Below, piece after piece: positions 47,748 to 57,610 of a stretch of DNA of 64,000 bases. Each line of letters begins with the position of its first letter. The stretch's first letter is position 1. The stretch covers positions 47,511-111,510 of the forward strand of contig JAWCLH010000003.1 of the NCBI GenBank assembly GCA_038851035.1, read 5' to 3'. Source of the DNA: Thermoplasmata archaeon. Lineage in GTDB: Archaea > Thermoplasmatota > DTKX01 > VGTL01. A program made the position numbers and the translations under genes. Below the pieces are notes generated by a model, which was given only the letters and a program-made list of their open reading frames with translations, was not told the origin of the DNA and searched no databases.

Positions 47748-47958
47748 CGCGCCTCATGCCATAACCAAGGGAGCGGGTGCCCTTGAACCAATGGCATTTG
47801 GGACAGAGCAGACCCCTGTAGTTCCTCTCCTTCACATCGGCACCGTCGAACTTCTCCATAGGGGTATGGCAGCGGGGGCAGAGGGCAACGGGGCTGCGGG
47901 ACCACGCGTCAGGCACATCCGTATCGTTCCTTGGTTCCATGGGAATCATCCCGTCCAT
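47680..47958 (-). CDS. Small Zn-ribbon protein (CPRCH...CPKCH)
   Basis: 92 aa with two CxxC pairs; overlaps the 5' end of the DUF123 ORF in another frame. Confidence 0.35.
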   Translation of the reverse strand: MDGMIPMEPRNDTDVPDAWSRSPVALCPRCHTPMEKFDGADVKERNYRGLLCPKCHWFKGTRSLGYGMRRVGPKSDGRYDEPFEGRIRPRRR

Positions 47959-48505
47959 TGCTCTCGGGATACTTAAATCAGCTGGGAACCTTATTAAATC
48001 AATATTGCAATTTACTCACAGGATAGCAGCGGCTTTCGCAATAACCACCCGGAGGCGGATAGCGATGAGAATCCGAGGAATTGCTGTTGATGGCGAGGAG
48101 GGCTTCTCGGCCATTCTGGCGGAGGACCGGGTGGTGATCAGAAAGGGCGAGAGGCGAGTTGAGATGCCGAGGTCCTCTCCTCCATCAATGAAATGGTGCA
48201 AAAGGTACCGGTACGGCAGGGCGATTCTGGCGATGGGCGCCATCCTTATTCCCGTTTTCGGCCTCGGGGTAGTTCTTCTCGCGCTGTATTATCTGTCGAG
48301 CGATAAGGCTTTAGTCCTGCGATACCGGGAAAAGGAGTATATTCTAACCGGCGGGGAGGGGAATCTGACCAGAATAAAGAACCATATCTCTGGGTGGAGT
48401 ACAGAAGGTGTGGAGGAAGAAGAGGAGGAATGAACTCGCAGACCGCTAGATAAAGAACTCACTTTGCCGTACATTCTGCAGAAAAATCGCCTCATCCCCC
48501 AGTGA

Positions 48506-49708
48506 CTAGTAGGGGAAAATACCACACCCGCTACCTCGTCCATTACTAATAGGGTCGGATTTGGCTGCCCTCCCGCGCGCCTCGGAGATCACGATGCGTC
48601 TCTCCCGGACCATCCTAAAAAAATCACCAGCTGGTACACAGAGCTCCTGAGGCACGGCTCCCTTTTTCTTGATTCGGCCGGTGCCGAGCATCCAGGCGAC
48701 CACAGAAGCGGGGAAGGCCGTGGTCTTCATCATCGCGCTGATTCCTCTCCCCGGCATCCCCTCATCCACCATCTGATATGTCAGTCGAATGGAGCCTTTT
48801 CCAGCGGTCACCCTCAGGAGAACCACGTCCCTTCCCCCATCTCCAAGGCTTCTCCGGAGGAGCTCGTGGAGCAGCTCTCTGGGTACGAACTTCGACTCCC
48901 CGACCCTCACGGGCAGCGTCGAGCCTAGGCCGATGGAGAATATAGCTCTCATCATTGCGCAATGGCCCGGGTAGCGGATGGTCTTGTAGTCCAGATTTCG
49001 CACTCTCCCGAGCATGGTCCAGGGGAGGGTCGAGGCGCCTCCGGAGGTCGCGAAGGCCTCCAGCCTCCCGAAAGGCTCCGGGAACTCGATATCCTCGAGT
49101 TCAGTCAGGGACTCGAGCTCCACGATTCTTCCTTCCCGAATCGCGACCGCTCTCTCAAGATACTCATTGGTCAGCCCCTCTGGCGAGAAGACGAGCTTGT
49201 AGTTCAGGGGAGGCCTCGGGTGGAGGGGCAGGCCACCCACGCGAATTCGAACCTCGTCGGCGCTCCCCCCCAGTCTCTTAACGGCGTGCGCGGCGAGGAT
49301 TGTTGCGAGGCCGGGCGCGAGGCCACAGTCGGGAATAATACTCACACCGGCCTCTCTTGCCCGCTCGTGCAGCCCGAGCTCCCTCCTCACGACCTCATTG
49401 TTGCCGCCGAGGTCGCAGAAATTCACCCCCGCCCATATGGCCGCCCTTGCGAGCGCGTGGTTGAACCGGTAGGAGACCGCCCCGACAGCAACGTCGAAGT
49501 TGTGTCTCATCAACACCCGGACATCCCTCTCCTTGCTTACGTCTACCCTGATGGGCCTCACCCTCCTGCTCCGGCACCAGCGCGCGGCCTCGCGAGCTAC
49601 TTTCAGCGAGATATCCCCGAGAGTCACCTCTTCGACTTCCTCCGACCTGCAGAGGTCGTAGGCGATTGCCCTGCCCATCATTCCGGCGCCGAGCACGAGA
49701 GCGCGCAT
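48506..49708 (-). CDS. Saccharopine dehydrogenase-family NAD(P) oxidoreductase
   Basis: MRALVLGAGMMGRAIAYDL Rossmann N-terminus and Sacchrp_dh-like length/pattern. Confidence 0.7.
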   Translation of the reverse strand: MRALVLGAGMMGRAIAYDLCRSEEVEEVTLGDISLKVAREAARWCRSRRVRPIRVDVSKERDVRVLMRHNFDVAVGAVSYRFNHALARAAIWAGVNFCDLGGNNEVVRRELGLHERAREAGVSIIPDCGLAPGLATILAAHAVKRLGGSADEVRIRVGGLPLHPRPPLNYKLVFSPEGLTNEYLERAVAIREGRIVELESLTELEDIEFPEPFGRLEAFATSGGASTLPWTMLGRVRNLDYKTIRYPGHCAMMRAIFSIGLGSTLPVRVGESKFVPRELLHELLRRSLGDGGRDVVLLRVTAGKGSIRLTYQMVDEGMPGRGISAMMKTTAFPASVVAWMLGTGRIKKKGAVPQELCVPAGDFFRMVRERRIVISEARGRAAKSDPISNGRGSGCGIFPY

Positions 49709-49841
49709 CCTTTATCGCCCTCCACAGATTTCATTCCGGATATATCCAACTTTCACTCTCCCATCCTCCACCCGAAACCCACGAGCACTTTCACAGACCA
49801 CCCCGGAAGATTGATAGACCGCTGCCCCCTCCTCAATTCCC

Positions 49842-50303
49842 GTGGTCTACGACGACCTGAAGCGGCACGGGGACCGCGTTTACACCGGCATGCCCGTCGG
49901 GGGGAGACACGTATGGGAATACCCCAACGGCCTGTGGAAGGAGCGCAAGGTCGCCCCCGACAGGTGGGAGTTCACGTTTTCATCAATAAAGAGAAGGGCG
50001 ACGGGCGCCCCGGAGGGCTCCGGCGCCCCGCCCGGAACGCAGTTCCACTGGTTCATAATGGCGCACCAGAGGGTGCGGAAGCTGGATGCGGACACTTATG
50101 AGACGTTTATGGAGGGAGTGAAGCATAAGGTGGCGCACAAGAGGCCCCACTGGCGGGGCTGGAGCACGGACTACCCGGACCACCCCACAGAGAGGGAGGT
50201 TCTTATTGATATACTGGAAAAGGCGCTCTCTGAACTAAAGGAGGATTTGAATGGGCAATTGAGGACCTGGGACGGAGCCCCGGCTGAATTAAAAGCGCTT
50301 TGA
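49842..50303 (+). CDS. Hypothetical protein
   Basis: 153-aa ORF with host-like codon usage; no family recognised. Confidence 0.3.
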   Translation: MVYDDLKRHGDRVYTGMPVGGRHVWEYPNGLWKERKVAPDRWEFTFSSIKRRATGAPEGSGAPPGTQFHWFIMAHQRVRKLDADTYETFMEGVKHKVAHKRPHWRGWSTDYPDHPTEREVLIDILEKALSELKEDLNGQLRTWDGAPAELKAL

Positions 50304-50331
50304 GGCGAATTCTGAAAACGCAACATACCTT

Positions 50332-51495
50332 TTGGGGAGGACAGAATCCTTATCTGCTGACCGTGGATACAGCTTTTCGGGGTTGCCTCCACCCTTGAGA
50401 AAAATACCTGGTCTCGGAGAGAGCGCTCACATCGTCCTGGGCGTTGTATTCCTTCTGCTCTTCTGCCTGGGGCTTGTCTCCGGAGCGATGTATCTGGTGC
50501 AGGGTGATACGGCCAGCGCTGGTTATGTTCTCGGGGTTTGCGCCTTCTCCGGCCTTCTACCCGCTATAATTTTCTTCCATTTCGCGGTCCGGCTCGCGAA
50601 GGAGCGAATGGAGCTGGAGCGGCTCGGTCTCTATCTGGCGAAAAAGGGCCGCGCCAGTGTTTCCGGGGTGGCCTTTGAGTTCAAATGGACAGAGGCCAAG
50701 GCCGAGGAGCGCATAGTCGCCGCCATATCAGAGAACAAGGTCGCTGGAAATCTCGACCGCGTTACGAGGGAGTTTTTTACAGACGCGAGCCTGGAGAGCA
50801 TGGAGTTCGTCCCGAGGTGCGGGTCCTGCGGCGCCATAATCTCGGCGTGGGTCTCAAAGAGGGAACCGGCGAAATGCCCTTACTGCAACTCCGAGCCAAG
50901 GCCAAACTTCGTTTCGCCTCCCCAGCACGGAGTTCATGTGCCATTGATTTACGCTCCTCCACGGGGAGCACCGGCCCAGTATCGGGCAGCGCCCCCCGGT
51001 CCTCCGTCGGAGTATGCGGGCAAGGCTCCCGGTGCGCGCGCAGTCCCGCCCTCGCAGCCTTCGGCCCTTCCGATACCGGGCACGGGGGGAGGGACCGTTC
51101 TATCCTATCCCGCGGGCGCACCACCCGCTCCACCTGTGATGCCCAGACGGAAAAGAAGGGTCAGGTTCCTTCTCTTTTCGATGAAATCGGGAACAATGAA
51201 GGCCGTCGGTTTTTCACTTTTCATTCTGGGTCTTATAGCTCTCGCAGCCGCAATATATATCAGCGACTCCTCTCTGGGTCGGAGCCTGGTCCTTCGTCTT
51301 GATTTCGAGCTTGTCGATGGCTACCTCACCCCCGACGAGAGCGAGTTTGTAGTCAGCCTACGGCCGGAGGACGTGAGGTCGGTGAGGGTCTGCCCTATTT
51401 GCCACAGCCCGAACATAAACATTCAGGTAATAAGGGGCGGGAGCGAGAAGTGTCCCTACTGCAGCGGGCTGATATATTTCCCGGAGGTGAGCTGA
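50332..51495 (+). CDS. Membrane protein with two repeated modules (2 TM + linker + CxxC...KCPYC zinc ribbon) separated by a Pro-rich spacer
   Basis: PRCGSCGAIISAWVSKREPAKCPYCNS and CPICHSPNINIQVIRGGSEKCPYCSG; hydrophobic pairs at 35-85 and 290-320. Confidence 0.5.
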   Translation: MGRTESLSADRGYSFSGLPPPLRKIPGLGESAHIVLGVVFLLLFCLGLVSGAMYLVQGDTASAGYVLGVCAFSGLLPAIIFFHFAVRLAKERMELERLGLYLAKKGRASVSGVAFEFKWTEAKAEERIVAAISENKVAGNLDRVTREFFTDASLESMEFVPRCGSCGAIISAWVSKREPAKCPYCNSEPRPNFVSPPQHGVHVPLIYAPPRGAPAQYRAAPPGPPSEYAGKAPGARAVPPSQPSALPIPGTGGGTVLSYPAGAPPAPPVMPRRKRRVRFLLFSMKSGTMKAVGFSLFILGLIALAAAIYISDSSLGRSLVLRLDFELVDGYLTPDESEFVVSLRPEDVRSVRVCPICHSPNINIQVIRGGSEKCPYCSGLIYFPEVS

Positions 51496-51592
51496 GACTG
51501 GCTTCCTTTTCAACATCCGAGAAGCCACCTGCAAGTGGCTAGGCATCCTGTCCATCGCCTTCGGACTGGGGCTGGCGGCGTTCGCTTGGGAC

Positions 51593-52021
51593 ATGATGAG
51601 AAACCAGGAAACCGCCCACTTCGGCTACGAGGCTTTCGGAGTCTGTCTGCCACTCGCGCTGATACTTGGAATTCTGCTCCTGCACATTGGCCTGAAAGCC
51701 AAGCGTGAAGTGAGCGACTTCAAGAAGTTCGCGGCCTATTTCAAGGCCTACCGGAGAATAAAAATACCTGCCCTAGCCTCGAAGATGAAGCTCAGCGAGT
51801 ACGAGACCGAGAGGCGCATAATCAGGTGCGTGAGGCTGCGGCTGCTCACGGGCTATATCGACAGGGCCTCGGACGAATTCTTCAACCCCCCAGGAATGGA
51901 TGGGAGGGTTCTCATCAGCTGCCCCCGGTGCGGTGGACCGGTTGAACAGATGCTCATGAAGGGCGAGACGGGGAAGTGCCCCTACTGTGGGAGTCCGCTC
52001 ACCGCCGACAGCAACAGGTGA
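51593..52021 (+). CDS. Membrane protein (2 TM + zinc ribbon), paralogous to the modules of the upstream gene
   Basis: FGVCLPLALILGILLLHIGL...CPRCGGPVEQMLMKGETGKCPYCGS. Confidence 0.5.
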   Translation: MMRNQETAHFGYEAFGVCLPLALILGILLLHIGLKAKREVSDFKKFAAYFKAYRRIKIPALASKMKLSEYETERRIIRCVRLRLLTGYIDRASDEFFNPPGMDGRVLISCPRCGGPVEQMLMKGETGKCPYCGSPLTADSNR

Positions 52022-52204
52022 GTCTCAGCTAATGAGTGCGCTTCAGGGTTCGCAATTCAACCCTCCAAATCGCATCCATGTGCAAACACAGGATACGGCT
52101 CACATACGCTCCCGTATCCTGTGGCTTCAGAAGAGCCGCTTCTCTGCCGCGGAAGTGGCTCTTCCTCGCATCAGACTTTCTGTGCGCTCAATATAAAGTC
52201 TGAT

Positions 52205-52279
52205 GCTCCCGCCGGGATTTGAACCCGGGTGACCAGCTCGAAAGGCTGGCATGATTGACCGGACTACACTACGGGAGCA
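52205..52279 (-). tRNA. tRNA-Glu (anticodon UUC)
   Basis: Reverse complement GCTCCCGTAGTGTAGTCCGGTCAATCATGCCAGCCTTTCGAGCTGGTCACCCGGGTTCAAATCCCGGCGGGAGCA folds with a 7-bp acceptor, CCAGC/GCTGG anticodon stem, loop CTTTCGA and TTCAAAT T-loop. CCA is not encoded. Confidence 0.8.
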
Positions 52280-52467
52280 TTGAGGCGGCGCCTGCGGGCA
52301 TCGACACCTTCAGGCCCCGCGCAACCGTTCAGCGAACGGAACACGCGGGTATTTAGCCTTTCCCACCACCACCCCGGGGACGCACCAGCCCCCCACGAAG
52401 GGGTCCTGGGAGCAAAGCCCCTTGATAATAGGCAAATGTTATCACCGCGTAGGCCAATCAACGCCCG

Positions 52468-52677
52468 GTGACGCCGATGCCCAGAACCTGCACCCAGGAG
52501 AGAAACCTCCAGAAATGTACCTGCACCTACCCGACCTGCTCGAGGAAGGGGCTGTGCTGCGAGTGCATAGCCCACCATCGCGCCCACGGGGAGCTCCCCG
52601 GTTGCCTCTTCCCAAAGGACATTGAAAAGACCTACGACCGCAGCATCGAGGCCTTTGTCCGGGCCTACAGCAGATGA
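52468..52677 (+). CDS. Small Cys-rich protein (tentative)
   Basis: 69 aa, [30 protein letters not shown]; host-like codon usage; weak. Confidence 0.25.
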   Translation: MTPMPRTCTQERNLQKCTCTYPTCSRKGLCCECIAHHRAHGELPGCLFPKDIEKTYDRSIEAFVRAYSR

Positions 52678-52775
52678 GGTAAGGGCAGAGGCTCGAAGAA
52701 TTAGGGAGTTCCCTGCGCCGTCACCAAGATCACCCGCCTGGGCATTCAGCCATTCTCCAGGACGCTCCGGCTCCT

Positions 52776-54107
52776 CTATGCCCTGACCGCCCTTTTAATT
52801 GCTCCGTCAAGAATATCAACGGCCGTTTCTATCTGCTCTTCGGTTACTATCAGAGGCGGAATGTACCTTATCGTGCTCCGGCCGCAGCCCAGCAGAATCA
52901 GGCCCTTCTTGAGCGCCTCGAGCTCTATCCTGTCGCGCAGCTCCGGCGCGGGCTCCTTCGTCTTTCTGCTCTTCACAAACTCCGTCGCCTGCATCAGCCC
53001 CTTCCCCCTGACATCACCGATGCATTCGTGCCTCTCCTGAAGCTCGAGGAGCCTCTTGTGAAGATGCGCCCCGACTCTAGCCGCGTTCTCCAAGAGCCTC
53101 TCTTTCTCGATCACCTCGATTGTCGCCAGCGAGGCTGCACAGCCAACGGGGTTGCCCCCATAGGTATTAGAGTGGGCGCCCTTGACGCTCCAGTCCAGCT
53201 CCCTCCTGAAGACTATCGCCCCGATTGGGAACCCGGAGCCCATGCCCTTCGCCATCGCGATGATGTCGGGGGCGACGCTGTAGTGCTCCGCGCAGAACCA
53301 CTTCCCAGTCCTCCCGAAGCCCGCCTGGACCTCGTCGTCAATGAAAAGGACCCCGTGCTTTTCAGCGACTCTCTTCAGCGCCGGGAAGAAGTCATCGGGA
53401 GGGACCATATAGCCCCCCTCGCCCTGAATCGGCTCGACCACGATCGCCGCGACCTCGTCTGGCGGCACGAGGGTCTGGAAGTAGAGTTCTTCCAGTATCT
53501 TCGCGCACCAGAGGTCGCAGCCCGGATACTCCAGCTTATATGGGCATCTGTAGCAGTAAGCGTAGGGAAGGTGGGTGACGCCGGGCATGGTCGGAAAGTA
53601 CCTCGCCCGGTGAACGAGCTTGCTTGCGGTAAACGAGAGAGCGCCCATCGTTCTGCCATGAAACGCGCCTATGAAGCCGATGAAAAGGGGCCTGCGGGTC
53701 GTCCACCGCGCCAGCTTGACGGCGGCCTCGACAGACTCGGCCCCGCTGTTGGTGAAGAAGACCCTCTTCGGGAATTTCCCAGGCGTTATCCCCACGAGCC
53801 TCTCGGCTAGCCTAACCTGAACGTCGTAGTAGAAGTCTGTGCCGGCGAAGTGCAGCAGCTCTGCGGCCTGCCTCTGAATCGCCTCGACGACCGTCGGGTG
53901 GCAGTGGCCGGTGTTTGTCACGCCCGCGCCGCAGGTGAAGTCCATGAAAACGTTTCCATCAACGTCCTCAATATAAATCCCCCTACCCCGCGCCGCCACT
54001 ACGGGCGCAGCCTTTGTGGATGTGGCCAGCAACTCACTATCCTTAGCAACTATCTCCTTTCCCCGCTGTCCCGGCAGCTTTCCCCTTACGAAAGGCCTCT
54101 GCTCCAT
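52776..54107 (-). CDS. Class-III PLP-dependent aminotransferase (GABA/ornithine/lysine aminotransferase-like)
   Basis: FHGRTMGALS, DEVQAGFGRTGKWF (PLP-lysine region), class-III length (443 aa). Confidence 0.85.
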   Translation of the reverse strand: MEQRPFVRGKLPGQRGKEIVAKDSELLATSTKAAPVVAARGRGIYIEDVDGNVFMDFTCGAGVTNTGHCHPTVVEAIQRQAAELLHFAGTDFYYDVQVRLAERLVGITPGKFPKRVFFTNSGAESVEAAVKLARWTTRRPLFIGFIGAFHGRTMGALSFTASKLVHRARYFPTMPGVTHLPYAYCYRCPYKLEYPGCDLWCAKILEELYFQTLVPPDEVAAIVVEPIQGEGGYMVPPDDFFPALKRVAEKHGVLFIDDEVQAGFGRTGKWFCAEHYSVAPDIIAMAKGMGSGFPIGAIVFRRELDWSVKGAHSNTYGGNPVGCAASLATIEVIEKERLLENAARVGAHLHKRLLELQERHECIGDVRGKGLMQATEFVKSRKTKEPAPELRDRIELEALKKGLILLGCGRSTIRYIPPLIVTEEQIETAVDILDGAIKRAVRA

Positions 54108-54146
54108 CCCGCTCGACCTCCTGTGAGTGATGGAGACCGCGTATAA

Positions 54147-55508
54147 TTACTTTGTGCGATTGGACTCGTCCCGGAATTCCATTCCCGAGGCCCCGCTCCT
54201 CTCGACGGTCTTAATTCCCAGCCCCTCCAGCTCCTTCAGAACGGGCTCGTATATTTCTGGTATCACGGGCACCTGAACCCCGCGGGCAGTAATCTTTCCC
54301 TCCAGAATCAGCCGGACGGCTATCGCCGCAGGATAGCTCACGGTCCGCGCCACGGCCGTGTCTCCGCCCGGTACGCCGAAGTCCACGAGTGTGGAGGTCA
54401 GGTACCTCGTCGCGCCGTCTCCCATCCTCGCCACAAACTCATGGTGGAGCACGACCATGTCCCTCTCGCGATCGCCGTAGCTGAGCTTCCGGAGCATCAG
54501 CGCTGTGAGGGCGTCCAGAACGCTTTTTTCCGCAGGTACTCTCTCATCGGCAAGCAGGCCCAGCCACTCAAGCCGCTTAATGACGGTGGAGCCAACAGGG
54601 ACTTTAAGTCTTCTGGCTAGGGCGGACTTTATGTCGCCGGAGCCGCAGCCCAGCTTTTCGGCCATCAATCCGGCCCAGGTGAGGTTCTCGAGGCCGCCCC
54701 TCTCTGTGTCGTCCAGCAGGCCAAGCTCCGCGATCTTTCTCATCGTCTCGCACCAGCCGATGTTCCGGAGGGTGGCCCTGTACATTGTCCTCGCGCTCCG
54801 GATGCCGTAGGTGTCAAGATAGGGAATGGAGTCGCGGTTGGGGTACTCCTCGAACCAGCCGACCCCCGGGACTTCCTTGAAGGTGTAGTTTTCAAAGAGC
54901 TCGTTTCCGGGAATATCGACCACTTTCCCATCCTTGAGGAAGCGGGCGGCGTTGCGGGAGGCGAGGAGGACGCCCCTCGGGCTCCAGGAGAATTTGTAGC
55001 CGAAGGGGTTGAGGGCGGCCTCGGGGGCGGGCAGGGCGCCACAGTATGAGCTGAATGCCTCTATCTCCCCTCCCTCCCTCTTTACGCTGTCAATCACCCT
55101 CATTGCCGACATGTGGTCTATGCCGGGGTCGAGACCGATTTCGTTGAGGCTGATGAGGCCAGCGCTCTTAAAATCTGGATCTAGGGCCCTCATTGCAGGG
55201 CTCACATAAGATGTGGTGACTAGGTGCTTCCCATGCTTCAGACATATACGGGCCACCATTGGATGGTGTACATAAGGAAGTAGACTGACGACAAGCTCCG
55301 CGTCTCTGACCAGCGGCTCGAGGACATCAGCCTTTGTGGCATCAACCTCCTTTGCCTCACCTCGCGGGTGGCCACCGAGAATTCTCCGGACCTTGCTGAT
55401 TGTTCTGCTAGCGACGACCACGGGGTACTTCGTATGGTCCAGAAGGTAACTGACCATAGGCCTCGATATCATTCCCGCGCCTAGAACAAGCACGCCGCCC
55501 ATTGTCAT
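54147..55508 (-). CDS. Saccharopine dehydrogenase-family oxidoreductase (second copy)
   Basis: MTMGGVLVLGAGMISRPMVSYLL Rossmann start, Sacchrp_dh-like C-terminal region. Confidence 0.7.
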   Translation of the reverse strand: MTMGGVLVLGAGMISRPMVSYLLDHTKYPVVVASRTISKVRRILGGHPRGEAKEVDATKADVLEPLVRDAELVVSLLPYVHHPMVARICLKHGKHLVTTSYVSPAMRALDPDFKSAGLISLNEIGLDPGIDHMSAMRVIDSVKREGGEIEAFSSYCGALPAPEAALNPFGYKFSWSPRGVLLASRNAARFLKDGKVVDIPGNELFENYTFKEVPGVGWFEEYPNRDSIPYLDTYGIRSARTMYRATLRNIGWCETMRKIAELGLLDDTERGGLENLTWAGLMAEKLGCGSGDIKSALARRLKVPVGSTVIKRLEWLGLLADERVPAEKSVLDALTALMLRKLSYGDRERDMVVLHHEFVARMGDGATRYLTSTLVDFGVPGGDTAVARTVSYPAAIAVRLILEGKITARGVQVPVIPEIYEPVLKELEGLGIKTVERSGASGMEFRDESNRTK

Positions 55509-55517
55509 GCCTCCGCT

Positions 55518-56672
55518 CTATCGTTTCTCCAAGAATTTAACAATGTATCGGTATGGAGGTGTAAGTTCTCCCTTGTGAAGTATCATTGCGTTCTTCAGGG
55601 TCGGTTGGAGAGCTATTCGCTCGAAGCTGGCTGAATAGTCAGCTTTCGCAATCTCTGGGACGAAGGGCCTGAGAGCAGCGCTGAAGCTCTCAGACGATTC
55701 TTTTGGAAATTCGCATGGGAGGTTGTAGACGGCCATTACAACAACCCCATTCCCCTCGACCCCGTCTCTGATAGTGTCGCTCTCCGGGTCGTAGACAAAG
55801 ACGGGGCTGTCTGGCTCCGTAGCTTTATAAGTGAATTCAATAGAGCCCCGGATGTCGCAGCTGATGTCCCCAACGACCCTGAGGCGGTGCTGGCCCTCCC
55901 TCCTAAGGTACTCCCTGGTCACAAGTCTCGGGTATCTTGCGTCCCAATATATGCAATTCAGGAGCACCGTCAAGTGGGGAAGATACCTTTCGAAGCGCGG
56001 TCTGTACTTCTCCGGATGCTGATAGTAATCCTGCAACTCGAACTTTCTGCCCGGTTCAACCGGCTCCACCATGTGCTCCTCTTTGAAGGTAACTGCATAG
56101 ATCAAGTGCCTGGACGGCGCCTTTAGCCCTTCTTCTATCTCGTCGGGTGAGAGCTCCTTAACGGGCAGCTCCCTGAGCATCTCCCAGACCCCGCCCGCCA
56201 CGTTCCCGTAGCCAGTGACACCGATGATGAGAGGGGAGAGGCTCTCTGGAAGACCGTCCCTCGAGACCAGATTGCCAAGCTCGCGCAGGGCCCTCTTCGC
56301 CGCCGTGAGGTTATCGTAATCGAACGCGTGCCTTAGGTTGAGGAATGGGGTGGCGAGGCCCTCCCACCTGAGCCTCTGGCCGAGGGCCCAGAGCGTCTCT
56401 ATAACTCCGGCGAGACCGGCGTGTCGGCCGAAGAAGATCAGCCGCCGCCCGCGATCGTCAACTATTCTCTCATAGTCTATTAATTGGCATTTCAGGTCCA
56501 TGAGCCTTCTGAGCATGGGCATGTTATGCTCCTGGCCCTTGATGACGTGTGCGAAAAAAATGTAGGTTTTTCCTTCCTCGAGCTCGCTCACGGGAATTTC
56601 TTTAATCGCAAATATCACAGGGCACTCTTTAAGACTCTTCTCCACCCTTGCGCCGGCTCTCACGTATTCCAC
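55518..56672 (-). CDS. LOR/SDH (lysine-oxoglutarate reductase / alanine-dehydrogenase-like) family protein
   Basis: VIFAIKEIPVSELEEGKTYIFFAHVIKGQEHNMPMLRRL...IIGVTGYGNVAGG resembles the AlaDH/PNT-like LKR domain. Confidence 0.55.
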   Translation of the reverse strand: MEYVRAGARVEKSLKECPVIFAIKEIPVSELEEGKTYIFFAHVIKGQEHNMPMLRRLMDLKCQLIDYERIVDDRGRRLIFFGRHAGLAGVIETLWALGQRLRWEGLATPFLNLRHAFDYDNLTAAKRALRELGNLVSRDGLPESLSPLIIGVTGYGNVAGGVWEMLRELPVKELSPDEIEEGLKAPSRHLIYAVTFKEEHMVEPVEPGRKFELQDYYQHPEKYRPRFERYLPHLTVLLNCIYWDARYPRLVTREYLRREGQHRLRVVGDISCDIRGSIEFTYKATEPDSPVFVYDPESDTIRDGVEGNGVVVMAVYNLPCEFPKESSESFSAALRPFVPEIAKADYSASFERIALQPTLKNAMILHKGELTPPYRYIVKFLEKR

Positions 56673-57109
56673 GTTCGTGTAGACCCTCAGGCTTGAGTCT
56701 TCAACAATGACCTCGAGCCCGTGCTCAGAAATCAGCCACCGGACGTCTTGTGGGGTGAGAGGGGCCCTCCGCTCCCGGCGGTTGATATCCTCCCGGCGAA
56801 TGCCTATCCTCGCTACCAGTGCTCTACCCCCATGGGCAATCGAGATTAGGTTAGATAATCTTTATTGGACATACGCTATCACGGGGGGGTTGTTGAATGG
56901 GACACCCGGAGTTCCATTAAGGGCCACTCGAAGCGCTCCTGCACATTCGGAGGTCCTCGGTGCCCACCTAAACATACGGTGCGAAAATGTTATCCTTTGA
57001 AAATACCACAAAATTGAATAGTCGTGAAGGGCAATAGCATTGGGGAGGGATAGGGACGCGCGGTGCCGATGACAGAAATATCGAGACTGTTACCGCTATC
57101 TCTAAGCTT

Positions 57110-57352
57110 GTGGGCGGGATCGGGGTGCTCTTCGGCTTGGTGGGTATCGGCTTGCTTTATTATTATATATATGAAGCTTTCCCGGACGCACCCACGCGCA
57201 TAGGATGGTGGGCGACTATCTCAATCGGCTTATGCATAATATTTTTCATAGTATATTTCATCTTAAAAGATACCCTCCAGAGCATGGAGCTGGAACGCCG
57301 GAGGAAGGTCGAGAGAAACCTCGGTTCTGGAGAAAAAGGGGAAAAAATCTAG
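57110..57352 (+). CDS. Small 2-TM membrane protein (tentative)
   Basis: 80 aa, two hydrophobic helices, Lys/Arg/Glu-rich tail. Confidence 0.3.
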   Translation: MGGIGVLFGLVGIGLLYYYIYEAFPDAPTRIGWWATISIGLCIIFFIVYFILKDTLQSMELERRRKVERNLGSGEKGEKI

Positions 57353-57536
57353 CGCCGCGTTGCTGGGGGTGCACAGGCCCTGCCGGGAAATGGTGAAGTG
57401 GGGGTGCGGGGATTTTCCCTTCGGGCAACAACTAACGGCTCGCTAGGCTCCTGTTAATTGTTGATTTGGGCCCCTTCCTCTCTACCGTATCGGAAGGTCC
57501 CCCTCTCAAATCCGACGCCCTCCAATAAAGTTGAAG

Positions 57537-57610
57537 TGCGGGCGTCGGGATTTGAACCCGAGTTCTGAGCTTGGCAAGCTCAAGTGATAACCAGTCTACA
57601 CTACACCCGC
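57537..57610 (-). tRNA. tRNA-Gly (anticodon GCC)
   Basis: Reverse complement GCGGGTGTAGTGTAGACTGGTTATCACTTGAGCTTGCCAAGCTCAGAACTCGGGTTCAAATCCCGACGCCCGCA; anticodon loop TTGCCAA. Confidence 0.8.

Noticed and set aside
48962-50101. 379-aa plus-strand ORF
   Set aside because: It lies antisense to the well-supported saccharopine-dehydrogenase-like gene (48506-49708). It has Arg/Pro/Gly-rich composition typical of GC-driven antisense ORFs and no domain signal
56707-57000. 97-aa plus-strand ORF upstream of the LKR-like operon
   Set aside because: It sits in the promoter/5' region of the minus-strand operon, with an odd Ser/Arg-rich translation and no start context; likely non-coding
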